Assembly (NCBI GenBank): GCA_044221555.1
Contig: JBGAOY010000001.1
Coordinates: 135,793-199,792, forward strand
Reading direction: 5' to 3'
From: Acidimicrobiales bacterium
Lineage (GTDB): Bacteria > Actinomycetota > Acidimicrobiia > Acidimicrobiales > DATDAH01
DNA length: 64,000 bases
Part shown: piece by piece, positions 9,705-19,221 of the stretch
Layout of the letters: every line of letters starts with the position of its first letter
How positions within the stretch are numbered: position 1 is the first letter of the stretch
Translations under genes and position numbers: made by a program
The notes under the pieces: model-generated
What the model was told of the DNA's origin: nothing
The model's input: only the letters and a program-made list of their open reading frames with translations
Databases searched by the model: none

Positions 9705-11408
9705 CTACTGCTCGACCCAGATCTGGGCCACCTGGTGGATGCTGGTGCGCATGCCCAGGTTCTCGCCGCCGTCGGGCAGGTTGTAGCCGGTGGCGATCTG
9801 GTGCACGTCGGTCTGGCTGGCGATGGCCCACTCACCCCAGGTGAGCCACACGTTGTAGACCTTCTTGGCGAAGCGCCGGTTGATGGCCTCGGCGGCCGCG
9901 GTGCGCTCGTCGGGGTCGTCGCTCTCACGGATGATGTCGAGGTTCTGGTCGATGACCGGGTCTTGGATGCGCCCGAAGTTGATCGCCAGCGATCCGACAG
10001 GTGCCGAGGTGTCCGAGCCCCAGAACACGTTGTTCTGGTCGGGGTCCTGGGTGGCCAGGTTCCGGTAGAGGAAGATGTCGAACTCGCCCTTGGCCGCCGA
10101 CAGCACCAGCTCACCCTGCTCCTGCTGGTCGACCGAGACGTCGATGCCGATCTCGCCCATGAACTGCTGGAACAGCTGGGCGCTCAGCAGGTTGAACTGG
10201 TCCGACGTGGTGCGGATGCCAAGCTCGATGGGCCCGTTCTCGTTCTCGTACTCGTCGACCAGCTCCCTCGCCTTGTCGGGGTCGTAGGTGGGGAACCCGG
10301 TGTCCTCGAGGTAGCCCGGCGTGCCCGGAGGGAACGGCCCGTTCGCGATCCGCGCCGCCCCCGCGAACCGGGCCCGGTTCACCGTGTCGTAGTCGACGCC
10401 GAAGGCGATGGCCTTGCGCACCCGGACATCGGCCAACGGCGAGTCGGGGTCACCCTGGTTCAGCATCAGGTAGTTGGTCTCGGCGTTGTTCGAGTTCTCG
10501 ATCAGGTTGATCTGGCCGGCATCGGCCTGCTCGCGGAGCTGGACGATCGAGTCGAAGTTGGCCGTGTGCATGAGGTCGATCTGGCCGGACTCGAGGGCCG
10601 CGGTGCGCGACTGCACGTCCTCGAAGATCTTGAATTCGATCTGGTCGAGGTAGGGGAGCTTCCGGCCCTCGGCGTCGGTGCGCCAGTAGTCGGGGTTGGC
10701 GGTGGCCACGAAGCTGCCGCCCGGTGTGTACGAATCGAAGACGAAGGGCCCGGTGCCGACCGGCTCGTCGGACTGGGCGGTGCCGGCGGCGGTGGCCTCG
10801 AGCCAGTCGCCCGAGGCGACGAACCCGACCTGGGTGGTGAGCACGTAGTCGAACGCCGTCCACGGGCGCTTCAGGTTGTACTGGATCGTGTACTCGTCCA
10901 CGACCTCGGTCGAGTCGAGGTCCTTGGTGGCGATGGCCAGGGTGGGGCTGGTGGACACCCGGTCGGAGTTGATCTTGAGGTCCTCGGCGGTTAGCGGGGT
11001 GCCGTCGTGGAAGGTGATCCCCTCGCGCACTTTCACCGTCCACACCGTGAAGTCGTCGTTGTGCTCGATGCTCTCGGCGAGCACGGGCTGCACGCTGCCG
11101 TCCTCGCCGATCTCGGCGATGGGGTCGTACACGGCCCGCAGGATCTCGGAGCAGCTGGGCGCGCACAGCACCTTCTGGGGCTCCCACGGGTTCGAGGTGT
11201 CGGCCTCGATGCCGTACACCACGCTGCCGCCGTACTGGGGCTCGGCGGTGTCGGGCTCCAGGTCGGTCTGGCCGATGGCCACGGTGTCGGCGGAGCTCTC
11301 GCCGCCCGACGAGGAGCCACCGCCGCTGCCACATGCGCCGGCCACCAGGACCAGGGCCAGAGCCGCGGCGAGGAGGCGGGAGGAGCGGACGGCGGAGCGG
11401 GTGGACAT
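9705..11408 (-). CDS. ABC transporter substrate-binding lipoprotein, family 5 (peptide/nickel/opine type), copy 1
   Basis: The ORF is 567 aa. It has a lipoprotein signal LALVLVAGACGSGG and family-5 SBP sequence (GGSVVYGIEADTSNPW...FHDGTPLTAEDLK...). GAGGAGA lies upstream of the ATG. Confidence 0.85.
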   Translation of the reverse strand: MSTRSAVRSSRLLAAALALVLVAGACGSGGGSSSGGESSADTVAIGQTDLEPDTAEPQYGGSVVYGIEADTSNPWEPQKVLCAPSCSEILRAVYDPIAEIGEDGSVQPVLAESIEHNDDFTVWTVKVREGITFHDGTPLTAEDLKINSDRVSTSPTLAIATKDLDSTEVVDEYTIQYNLKRPWTAFDYVLTTQVGFVASGDWLEATAAGTAQSDEPVGTGPFVFDSYTPGGSFVATANPDYWRTDAEGRKLPYLDQIEFKIFEDVQSRTAALESGQIDLMHTANFDSIVQLREQADAGQINLIENSNNAETNYLMLNQGDPDSPLADVRVRKAIAFGVDYDTVNRARFAGAARIANGPFPPGTPGYLEDTGFPTYDPDKARELVDEYENENGPIELGIRTTSDQFNLLSAQLFQQFMGEIGIDVSVDQQEQGELVLSAAKGEFDIFLYRNLATQDPDQNNVFWGSDTSAPVGSLAINFGRIQDPVIDQNLDIIRESDDPDERTAAAEAINRRFAKKVYNVWLTWGEWAIASQTDVHQIATGYNLPDGGENLGMRTSIHQVAQIWVEQ

Positions 11409-11472
11409 GAAGGGGGGTCTCCTCGGTGCGGACGGCGGGGATCAGGGACGGGGCGGAACGGGAGCCGGTGGC

Positions 11473-12900
11473 TCAGGACCTGTCGGAGGCCTCGAGGGCG
11501 AAGTGGCAGGCGACGAAGTGGTCCTTGCCGACCTGGCGCATCTGAGGCTCCTCCTGCGCGCAGCGGTCCTGCGCGAGGGGGCAGCGGGTGCGGAAACGAC
11601 AACCGCTGGGGGGCTGGACCGGCGAGGGCAGCTCGCCGGTGAGCCGGGCGTCGGGGTCGGGCTGGACCGTCGGGTCGGGCACGGGGATGGAGTTCAGCAG
11701 CGCCTGGGTGTACGGGTGGGCGGGGCTGCGGTACAGGTCGTCGGGCCGGCCCACCTCGCAGAGCTTGCCCAGGTACATCACCGCGACCCGGTCGCTGACG
11801 TTCTTGACGACCGCCAGGTCGTGGGCGATGAACACCAGGGTGAGCTGGTAGCGGTCCTTCATGTCCTCGAGCAGGTTGAGGATCTGAGCCTGCACCGACA
11901 CGTCGAGGGCCGACACGGGCTCGTCGCAGATGATCACCTTCGGCTCGAGCACGACGGCCCTGGCGATGGCGATGCGCTGGCACTGCCCGCCCGAGAACTC
12001 GTGCGGGCGCTTGCTCATGGCCACGTCGGGATCGAGTCCGACCGCGTCGAGCACCTCGGCCACGCGGCGGCGCTCGTCCTCCCCGGTCCGGGGGAAGTCG
12101 CCGCGCGTGGTGGGCAGGTAGAGAAGGCCCATGGCCAGCAGTGGCACTGCGGCCATCGCCAGCAGCACCGGCTCGTGGAACAGGAAGACGAACGTCAGCG
12201 CGGGGAACGCGACCAGCAGGCCGAACGACAGCAGTCCTGAGTCGCGGGCCGAGTCGTCCCGACGCCAGAGGCCCACCCCGACCCGCAGGAGCCAGATGCC
12301 GAAGGCGCCCAGGATGGTGCCGAGGAGGATCCCCAGCAGCGCCGACGAGGCACCGAACGCGGCCAGGTCGGGCAACGCGATGATGGACAGGACGGCCAAC
12401 AGGCTGCCGAGGAACGCGAAGGCGCTGTACACGGCGCTGACCGCGCCGATGACCAGGGCGATGACGGCCGCGACCGCGGTGGAGATCGCCCGGCGCTCGC
12501 GGGCCCGCGGGGCCCAGATCTCGAGGGGCTCGCCCACGATGTCGCCGATCGTGCGCCGCGGGTTCAGCGACGAGATCGGGTCCTGGAAGATCATCTGCAT
12601 CTGCGTGCGGGTACGCCGCAGTTCCTCGCCGCTCAACTCGGTGAGGTCGGTGCCGTCGAAGAGCACCCGGCCCGCGGTGGGCTTCGGGAACTGCATGATC
12701 GCCCGGCCGGTGGTGGACTTGCCGCACCCCGACTCGCCGACGAGCCCGAGCGTCTCGCCCCGCCGGATGTCGAGGCTCACATCGGTGACGGCGTTGACCT
12801 TGAGCCCGGTGCGCCCCACCGGGAACTCGACGACGAGGTGCTCGACCCGCAGCAGGGCGTCGTCGTCGGCACTCAGGTGGGCGGTGCCGCTACCGGCCAT
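11473..12900 (-). CDS. Oligopeptide/dipeptide ABC transporter ATP-binding protein (OppF/DppF-like) with a roughly 135-aa hydrophobic insertion
   Basis: Motifs present are Walker A GESGCGKST, Q-loop MIFQDP, signature FSGGQCQR, Walker B IICDEPVSALD and the C-terminal Cys motif GCRFRTRCPLAQDRC..ACH. I trimmed the start to the ATG at 12900 (MAGSGTAHL...), which overlaps the OppD stop. Residues about 136-272 are four to five hydrophobic helices not found in normal OppF. Confidence 0.85.
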   Translation of the reverse strand: MAGSGTAHLSADDDALLRVEHLVVEFPVGRTGLKVNAVTDVSLDIRRGETLGLVGESGCGKSTTGRAIMQFPKPTAGRVLFDGTDLTELSGEELRRTRTQMQMIFQDPISSLNPRRTIGDIVGEPLEIWAPRARERRAISTAVAAVIALVIGAVSAVYSAFAFLGSLLAVLSIIALPDLAAFGASSALLGILLGTILGAFGIWLLRVGVGLWRRDDSARDSGLLSFGLLVAFPALTFVFLFHEPVLLAMAAVPLLAMGLLYLPTTRGDFPRTGEDERRRVAEVLDAVGLDPDVAMSKRPHEFSGGQCQRIAIARAVVLEPKVIICDEPVSALDVSVQAQILNLLEDMKDRYQLTLVFIAHDLAVVKNVSDRVAVMYLGKLCEVGRPDDLYRSPAHPYTQALLNSIPVPDPTVQPDPDARLTGELPSPVQPPSGCRFRTRCPLAQDRCAQEEPQMRQVGKDHFVACHFALEASDRS

Positions 12901-14024
12901 CAGGCACCCACCGGCTGGTCGGCGCCCGTCTGGACGGCGAGCGCGGCGGCCGACTGGCCGGCCGCGAGGTTGTCCTCGAGCGCCTTGCGGCCCTCCGGGG
13001 TGCCGACCGGGTACCAGCAGGCGAATTGGTGGCCGGGGGTGTCGCCGTCGCGCAACGGTGGCTCCTCTTCGGAACAGCGGGGCTGGGCGTACGGGCAGCG
13101 GGGGCTGAAGTTGCATCCCTTGGGGGGGTTGATCAGGTTGGGGGGCCGGCCCCCGATGATCTGCAGGCGGGTGTGGCTGGCGTCCTCGAGCTTGGGGATC
13201 GACTTCAGCAACGCCTCGGTGTAGGGCATGCGCATCTCGCGGAACAGCACCGGTGTCGGGGCCTTCTCGACCACCTTGCCGGCGTACATGACCGCGATCT
13301 CGTCCGTGCGCCCGGCCACGACGCCGAGGTCGTGGGTGACCAGGATGATGGCCATGTGGCGCTCGGTCTGTTGGGCCTTCAGCAGGTCGAGGATCTGGGC
13401 CTGCACCGTCACGTCGAGGGCGGTGGTGGGCTCGTCGGCGAAGAGCAGGCGGGGGCCACAGGCCAGCGCCACGGCGATCATCACCCGCTGGCGCATGCCG
13501 CCCGAGAGTTGGTGGGGGTACTCGTCGACGCGCTGGGCCGGCTCCGGGATCCCCACCGACGTGAGCAGCGCGATGGCGGTCTCCCGGGCCTCGCCCTTGT
13601 CCATGTCGAGGTGGTAGCGCAGCGACTCGGTGATCTGCTTGCCGACCTTCATCACCGGGTTGAGCGAGGTCATGGGGTCCTGGAAGATCATCCCCATCTC
13701 GGTGCCCCAGATGCTGCGCATCTGCTGCTGGTTGTAGTCGGAGATCGAGTGGCCCTGGTAGCGGATCGCGCCCAGGCGGACCACGTTCCGCGTCGGCAAC
13801 AGGCCCATCAGCGAGCGGGACAGGACGGTCTTGCCCGAGCCTGACTCACCGACGACGCCGAGCGTCTTGCCACGATCGAGCGTGAAGCTCACGCCGTCGA
13901 CGGCGCGCACGGTGCCCGCCGGGGTGAGGAAGTGGGTGCGGACGTCCTCGACCTCCAGCAGGGGGCCGTCGAGCTTGTCGCCCGCTGCGGTGGGGCTGGT
14001 GAGGACCACCTTCTTGCGGGCCAT
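12900..14024 (-). CDS. Oligopeptide/dipeptide ABC transporter ATP-binding protein (OppD/DppD-like)
   Basis: Motifs present are Walker A GESGSGKTV, signature LSGGMRQR, Walker B LFADEPTTALD and the C-terminal motif GCNFSPRCPYAQPRC..ACW. I trimmed the start to the ATG at 14024 (MARKKVVL...), which overlaps the permease stop. Confidence 0.9.
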   Translation of the reverse strand: MARKKVVLTSPTAAGDKLDGPLLEVEDVRTHFLTPAGTVRAVDGVSFTLDRGKTLGVVGESGSGKTVLSRSLMGLLPTRNVVRLGAIRYQGHSISDYNQQQMRSIWGTEMGMIFQDPMTSLNPVMKVGKQITESLRYHLDMDKGEARETAIALLTSVGIPEPAQRVDEYPHQLSGGMRQRVMIAVALACGPRLLFADEPTTALDVTVQAQILDLLKAQQTERHMAIILVTHDLGVVAGRTDEIAVMYAGKVVEKAPTPVLFREMRMPYTEALLKSIPKLEDASHTRLQIIGGRPPNLINPPKGCNFSPRCPYAQPRCSEEEPPLRDGDTPGHQFACWYPVGTPEGRKALEDNLAAGQSAAALAVQTGADQPVGA

Positions 14025-15046
14025 CAGAGGCGCACTTCCTTCACGTCGAAGCGTCGGCGGAGTTGGTCGCCCGCGTAGTTGAACGCCAGCAGGGTGAGGA
14101 ACATCACCGCACAGGGGATGAGCGCGATGTGCGGGGCCTCCTCGAGCGCGGTGCGACCCTCGTTGATCATGTTCCCCCAGGTGGCCGTCGGTGCCGACAC
14201 GCTGAGGCCGAGGAAGCTGAGCGCACCCTCGGCCACGATCACGATGGCGATGGCGATGAGCGAGAACGACACCATCGGCGGCACGACGTTGGGCAGGATC
14301 TCCCGCAGGATGATCCGGCCGTTCCGGGCGCCGAGGGTCCGCGAGGCCTGCACGAACTCGCGCTGCGAGAACGTCAGCGTGCTGGCCCGCGTGATGCGGG
14401 CCAGCGCGGGGATCGACAGGATCGTGAGCGTGAGTGTGATCGTGCGCAGGCTGGCCTCCTGCGTGTTGGGCGGGCTGAGGAAGGTGACGATGCCCAGGGC
14501 GAGGATCAGCGCCGGGAAGGCCAACATGATGTCCATGGCCGACATCACGATCTTCTCGAAGCGGCCGCGGAAGTAGCCGGCGGTGAGGCCGATGCTGCCG
14601 CCGAGGAGGAAGCCGAGGGTCACCGCGGCGACGCCGACGAACAACGACACCCGGGCGCCCCAGATGACCCGGGAGAACACGTCGCGGCCGAGGTCGTCGC
14701 CGCCGAAGAGGTGGAACGTCGGCGACAGGGCGCCGTTCCAGCTGCCCCCGGACGCCCAGGCCGGGGGTTGGCGCAGGGCCAGCGCGTCGATCTTGGCGGG
14801 GTCCTGCACGAACGGCAACCACGGCGCCAGCACTGCCAGCAGGATCAGCACGCCCAGCCACGTGACCGCGAGCCAGAACCCGATGCCGAGCTTGCGCACC
14901 TCGAGTTGGCCGCGGGCCTCGTCGGCCGAGACGTCGGCGGTGACCGCGTCGAACCGGATCTCGCCGGGGGCCTCGGTGAGCAGGTCGTCACCGGGCCGCT
15001 CGCTGAGCGACGGGGCGTCGTACGGTCTACGCGATGGCGCGGGCAT
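14024..15046 (-). CDS. ABC transporter permease (OppC/DppC-like)
   Basis: The ORF is 340 aa with six predicted TM segments. It has a BPD_transp_1-like EAA region (..SRTLGARNGRIILREILPNV..). Confidence 0.85.
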   Translation of the reverse strand: MPAPSRRPYDAPSLSERPGDDLLTEAPGEIRFDAVTADVSADEARGQLEVRKLGIGFWLAVTWLGVLILLAVLAPWLPFVQDPAKIDALALRQPPAWASGGSWNGALSPTFHLFGGDDLGRDVFSRVIWGARVSLFVGVAAVTLGFLLGGSIGLTAGYFRGRFEKIVMSAMDIMLAFPALILALGIVTFLSPPNTQEASLRTITLTLTILSIPALARITRASTLTFSQREFVQASRTLGARNGRIILREILPNVVPPMVSFSLIAIAIVIVAEGALSFLGLSVSAPTATWGNMINEGRTALEEAPHIALIPCAVMFLTLLAFNYAGDQLRRRFDVKEVRL

Positions 15047-15965
15047 GGCGGATCCTCGGGTCCAGGAGGGCGTAGATCAGGTCGACCGCGAAGTTGATGA
15101 TGACGAAGCCGGCGGCCACCACGACCACGACCCCCTGCACCACCAGGTAGTCACGCTGGAAGATCGAGAACACCAGCAGCTTGCCGATGCCGTTGATCGC
15201 GAAGATCTGCTCGATGATGACGGTGCCGCCGATAAGGTTGCCGATGGTGATGGCGGCCACGGTGAGCAGCGAGAAGCTCGACGGTCGGAAGGCGTGGCGG
15301 AACAGGATGCGCCGGGTGGTCATGCCCTTGGCCTTGGCCACCCCGATGTAGTCCTCCTGCAGCGTGGCGATCATGTCCGTGCGCAGGAGGCGCATGAACA
15401 CCGCGACCTGCCCGACCGCCAGCGAGACCGCGGGTAAGAAGAGCGTGTAGAGGTCCTCGTCGCCCTCCTTCACCGTCGCGGGGAACCAGTCGAGGGTGAG
15501 CGCGAACACGTAGACGAGGATGGTCGCCATGATGAAGTTGGGGACCGACAACAGGCCGAACCCCACGGTGCCGGTGATCTTGTCGAAGCGGGTGTCGGCC
15601 TTGTAGGCGGTGGCGATCCCGAGCGGTATCGCCACCACCAGGGCCAGCAGCATCGAATAGGCCATCAGCATCAGCGTCACCGGCAATCGGTCGACCAGCA
15701 GCTCCGACACCGACGAGCCGTTGACGTAGGACTCACCCAGGTCACCCTGCACCGCGTCGCCCAGCCAGCTGGCGTAGCGGACCGGGATGGGGTCGTCCAG
15801 GTTGAGGTCGGCCCGCAGCGCGGCGATCGACTCCTGGTCGGCCCCGAAGCCGAGGATGGCTGCTTCGGGGCCGCCCGGCAGCAGGTTGATCAGCATGAAG
15901 GTGAGGAACGTGACGATCAACAGCACCGCCACGAGCTGCACCAACTTGCCTCCTACGTAGCGCAC
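15027..15965 (-). CDS. ABC transporter permease (OppB/DppB-like)
   Basis: The ORF is 312 aa. Its N-terminus MRYVGGKLVQLVAVLLIVTFLTFMLINLLPGGP is the canonical OppB/DppB start, and the EAA-like motif AKAKGMTTRRILFRHAFR is present. Confidence 0.9.
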   Translation of the reverse strand: MRYVGGKLVQLVAVLLIVTFLTFMLINLLPGGPEAAILGFGADQESIAALRADLNLDDPIPVRYASWLGDAVQGDLGESYVNGSSVSELLVDRLPVTLMLMAYSMLLALVVAIPLGIATAYKADTRFDKITGTVGFGLLSVPNFIMATILVYVFALTLDWFPATVKEGDEDLYTLFLPAVSLAVGQVAVFMRLLRTDMIATLQEDYIGVAKAKGMTTRRILFRHAFRPSSFSLLTVAAITIGNLIGGTVIIEQIFAINGIGKLLVFSIFQRDYLVVQGVVVVVAAGFVIINFAVDLIYALLDPRIRHARAIA

Positions 15966-15996
15966 GTCGTGTCTGCTCCCCGGTCCGCCGCCGGCC

Positions 15997-17709
15997 TCAG
16001 TTCCCGGACTCGTCGATCCAGATCTGGCTGACCTGGTGGGCGCCGCCGATGCCGAGGACGTCGAGGACGGGATCGCCCTCCTCGGTGATGCCGCCGAGCA
16101 CGTTGTGCACGGTGGGGCTGTGCCCGATGCTCCAGATGGGCCACTCGAACCAGATGTTGTAGACCTGCTCGGCGAAGCGTCGGTTGATGGCCTCGGCCGC
16201 CTCCGTGCGGGTGTCGGGGTCGGGGTTGGTGCGGATGATGTCGAGGTTCTCGTCGATCACGTCGTCACGGATCCGGCCGAAGTTCAGGCCGAAGTCACCC
16301 GGCGCCACGGCGTTCTCGGAGTTCCACCAGATGTTCTGCTGATCGGGGTCGAAGCCGGCGTGGTTGCGCCAGCCGAACGCCTCGAAGTCGCCGGTGAGCG
16401 CGAGGCCGATGAACGAGCCCTGCTCCACCTGGTCGATGGTGACGTCGATGCCGATCGCCTCCCAGAACTGCTGGTACAGCTGGGCGGTGACCACGTTGAA
16501 CTGGTCGTTCGTCGTCTTGTAGGCGATCTCGATGGGACCGTTCTCGGCCTCGTACTCGTCCACGAGATCTCGGGCCTTGTCGGGGTCGAAGGTCGGGAAG
16601 CCGGTGTCCTCGAGGTAGCCCGGCGTCCCCGGCGGGAACGGGCCGTTGGCGATCTCGGGCACACCGCCGGATCGGGCGTCGAGGCGCGTCTGGTAGTCGA
16701 AGCCGTAGGCCAGCGCCTGGCGCACGCGGAGGTCGCTGGTGGGCAGGCTGTCGTCGCCCACGTTCAACAGGACGTAGCCGGTCTCGAGGTTGTTGGTGAT
16801 CTGGTCGACCTCGATGGTGCCGTTGTCGACCTCGGCGGCGAGCCGGTTGGTGGTGTCGCCGTTGGAGGTGTGCATGATGTTGGTCTCACCCGAGATCAGG
16901 GAGTTGAACCGGGTCTGGTCCTGCTCCTGCACCACGTACTCGATCGCGTCGAGGTAGGGCAGCGCCCGGCCCTCGGCGTCGGTGCGCCAGTAGTCGTCGT
17001 TGCGGGTGGCCCGGAAGGTGCCGCCCGGGTCGTAGGACTCGAAGACGAACGGTCCGGTGCCCACGGGCTCGGCGGCGTCGGCGGTGCCGGCCTCGACCGC
17101 GTCCAACCAGGTGGGGGAGGCCTGGTAGCCGAGCTGCCCGGTGAGGAAGGCCGGGAAGGAGACCCACGGGCCCTTGGCGGTGACCGTCACGGTCATGTCG
17201 CCGTCGGACTCGATCGTGTCGATGTAGGCGAAGGCCTTGCCGGTGAGCGGGCTGGCCTTGTCGGCCTCGAGGTTGGCGGCGATGGCGTCACCGTCGAAGG
17301 GCGTGCCGTCGTGGAACGTGATGCCGTCGCGCGCCACCAGCGTCCAGACCGTGAAGTCGTCGTTGTGGTCGAACGACTTCAGGAGGTTGGGCTGCACCTC
17401 GCCGTCGGAGTTGGCGAGGGTCAGGGGATCGAACACCGCGTGCATGATCATGTGGCACGAGATCGCGCAGACCGCGTTGGCCGGCGTCCAGGGCGACGAG
17501 GTGTCGGCCTCGATGCCGTAGCGCAGCGTGCCGCCGGTGACGGGCTCGAGGTTGGCGTCGGGGTTGGTGGTGCTGGTGGCCACGTTGGCCCCACCCCCGG
17601 ACGAGCCGCCGCCGCCGCTGTTGCCGCCGCTGCCGCAAGCCCCGCCCACCAGGACCACCGCGACGAGTAGGACGAGCAGGCGACGCCAATGCGCCGAGCA
17701 GTTCAACAC
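15997..17709 (-). CDS. ABC transporter substrate-binding lipoprotein, family 5, copy 2 (paralog of 9705-11408)
   Basis: I trimmed the 697-aa track ORF to the GTG at 17709 (VLNCSAHWRRLLVLLVAVVLVGGACGSGG..), which is preceded by GGGGGAA. The protein is colinear with copy 1 (GGTLRYGIEADTSSPW..FHDGTPFDGD..). Confidence 0.8.
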   Translation of the reverse strand: MLNCSAHWRRLLVLLVAVVLVGGACGSGGNSGGGGSSGGGANVATSTTNPDANLEPVTGGTLRYGIEADTSSPWTPANAVCAISCHMIMHAVFDPLTLANSDGEVQPNLLKSFDHNDDFTVWTLVARDGITFHDGTPFDGDAIAANLEADKASPLTGKAFAYIDTIESDGDMTVTVTAKGPWVSFPAFLTGQLGYQASPTWLDAVEAGTADAAEPVGTGPFVFESYDPGGTFRATRNDDYWRTDAEGRALPYLDAIEYVVQEQDQTRFNSLISGETNIMHTSNGDTTNRLAAEVDNGTIEVDQITNNLETGYVLLNVGDDSLPTSDLRVRQALAYGFDYQTRLDARSGGVPEIANGPFPPGTPGYLEDTGFPTFDPDKARDLVDEYEAENGPIEIAYKTTNDQFNVVTAQLYQQFWEAIGIDVTIDQVEQGSFIGLALTGDFEAFGWRNHAGFDPDQQNIWWNSENAVAPGDFGLNFGRIRDDVIDENLDIIRTNPDPDTRTEAAEAINRRFAEQVYNIWFEWPIWSIGHSPTVHNVLGGITEEGDPVLDVLGIGGAHQVSQIWIDESGN

Positions 17710-17954
17710 GATGTTCCCCCTGGTTGGTGAAGCCGGTGCTCCGGACAGTATCCCGGTTCGGTCGGCTGTGACGGTCGACACACCCGAGACCGCGCAAGGT
17801 AGCAGGCCTGGCTCGGGGCGTGGTCGCATCCCCGACCGGAGACGGTCGGCGTCGACGCGCCGGGCCAGGCCACGCCGGCCCGCGGTGGCGGGTCGACACC
17901 GGGACCGGACGGTGGGCGGGCCAGTCGGCCCGACGCACGCGCCGCGGTGCCGGG

Positions 17955-19172
17955 TCAGTCCAGCGGGACCGCGCGCTGGTAGCCGCGCGCGAAGCCGAGC
18001 ACCTGGGACACGTAGGCGTCGGAGTGGTTGTAGCTGAAGTAGGCCCGACGCAGGCCGGCGTCGCTCTCGAGCCCGGGTCCGCTCGCGCACAGGTAGTCGG
18101 CGGCGCTGAGCGCGGCGTCGTACAGGTTCTGGGGGTTCGCCACACCGTCACCGTTGCCGTCCCGGCCGTAGCGGGCCCAGGTGGAGGGGATGAACTGCAT
18201 GGGGCCGACGGCATGGTCGACGGTGGGGTCGCCGTCGAGCAGGCCGCCGTCGGTCTCGCCGATCGCCGGCAGCGGGATGCCGAAGATGGGTCGGCTCACG
18301 TCCCCGGCCGCGTCGAGCTCGGCGCCGCCGAACGTGCCGTGGCGGCCCTCGACGCGGGAGATCCCGGCCAGCGCCCACCACCGGACGCCGCAGGCCGGCT
18401 GCTCGTCGGCGAGCGTCTCCGCGGCCCGGTAGTAGGCGTCGAGCGCCACGAGGGGGAAGTCGACACCGTCCACCGGGGCGAGGACGCGTGCCGCCGCGAC
18501 CCGGGGAGCCAGGTCGAGCTCGTCGTCGGCGGCCTGGGCCTGCGTCGCCTTGGCCGAGGCGATCCGCTCGGTCACGTTCTCCAGCAGGGCCGTGCTCAGC
18601 ACCTGCTCACGGATCGCGGCGTCACGGGCGTCCTCGGCCTCGTCGCGCTCCGCGGACTGGGCGGCGTTCACCGTCGATGCCATCACCTCGCGCTGCTGGC
18701 TGGCGTTGGCGGCTTCCGGGTCGAGCAGGGGCACCGGGGGCTGGCCGCTCTCGGTGTAGCTGGCCACGGCCAGCGCGCTCATGGCCGCCTCGATGTACGC
18801 CAGCCGCTTGGCGGTGCGGTGGCGGTTGTGCTCCGCCCGCTGCACGCGGTGCTCGAGCTCGACCTTGGCCGGCCGCAACTCGGCCAGCTCCGCGGTTGCC
18901 TGCTCCCGGGCCTCGCGCGCCGCGGTCAGCGCCGCATCGAGCGAGCGGAACTCGGCGCTGTCCACCGGGACGCCCTCGAGCGCGGGGGACAGCTCGACCG
19001 TCGCGGCGACCGGCTCGTCCGCCTCCTGCGCCCCCGACGCGCGCGTGAGCGCGCCCATCGTCGTGGCGACGGTGAGCAGGGTGGCGAGCAGGCGGGTGCG
19101 GTGGGGGCGCAGGGCGGGCTCTCGGGCTCGGGGGTCGGGTCCAGGCGGTGGGGCGCACGGGTGCGGCCCCAC
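17955..19172 (-). CDS. Secreted lytic transglycosylase (MltB/SLT_2-like) with a long N-terminal helical/coiled-coil region
   Basis: The C-terminal region reads GISRVEGRHGTFGG...GPMQFIPSTWARYGRDGNGDGVANPQNLYDAALSAADYLC. A signal-like segment LLATLLTVATTMGALTRASGAQEA is present. The start (GTG at 19172) is uncertain. Confidence 0.75.
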   Translation of the reverse strand: MGPHPCAPPPGPDPRAREPALRPHRTRLLATLLTVATTMGALTRASGAQEADEPVAATVELSPALEGVPVDSAEFRSLDAALTAAREAREQATAELAELRPAKVELEHRVQRAEHNRHRTAKRLAYIEAAMSALAVASYTESGQPPVPLLDPEAANASQQREVMASTVNAAQSAERDEAEDARDAAIREQVLSTALLENVTERIASAKATQAQAADDELDLAPRVAAARVLAPVDGVDFPLVALDAYYRAAETLADEQPACGVRWWALAGISRVEGRHGTFGGAELDAAGDVSRPIFGIPLPAIGETDGGLLDGDPTVDHAVGPMQFIPSTWARYGRDGNGDGVANPQNLYDAALSAADYLCASGPGLESDAGLRRAYFSYNHSDAYVSQVLGFARGYQRAVPLD

Positions 19173-19221
19173 CCGGTACCCGTCGGCGCACCCGGTGGTG
19201 TCCTTGAGGTGTCCCCCTGCG

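Noticed and set aside
19173-19221. A possible cyclic-di-AMP (ydaO-type) riboswitch upstream of the lytic transglycosylase, as is often seen before actinobacterial wall hydrolase genes.
   Set aside because: Only about 49 nt separate the candidate start from the upstream gene, far too short for that riboswitch, and I saw none of its conserved elements. An Infernal scan would settle it if the true start lies further downstream.
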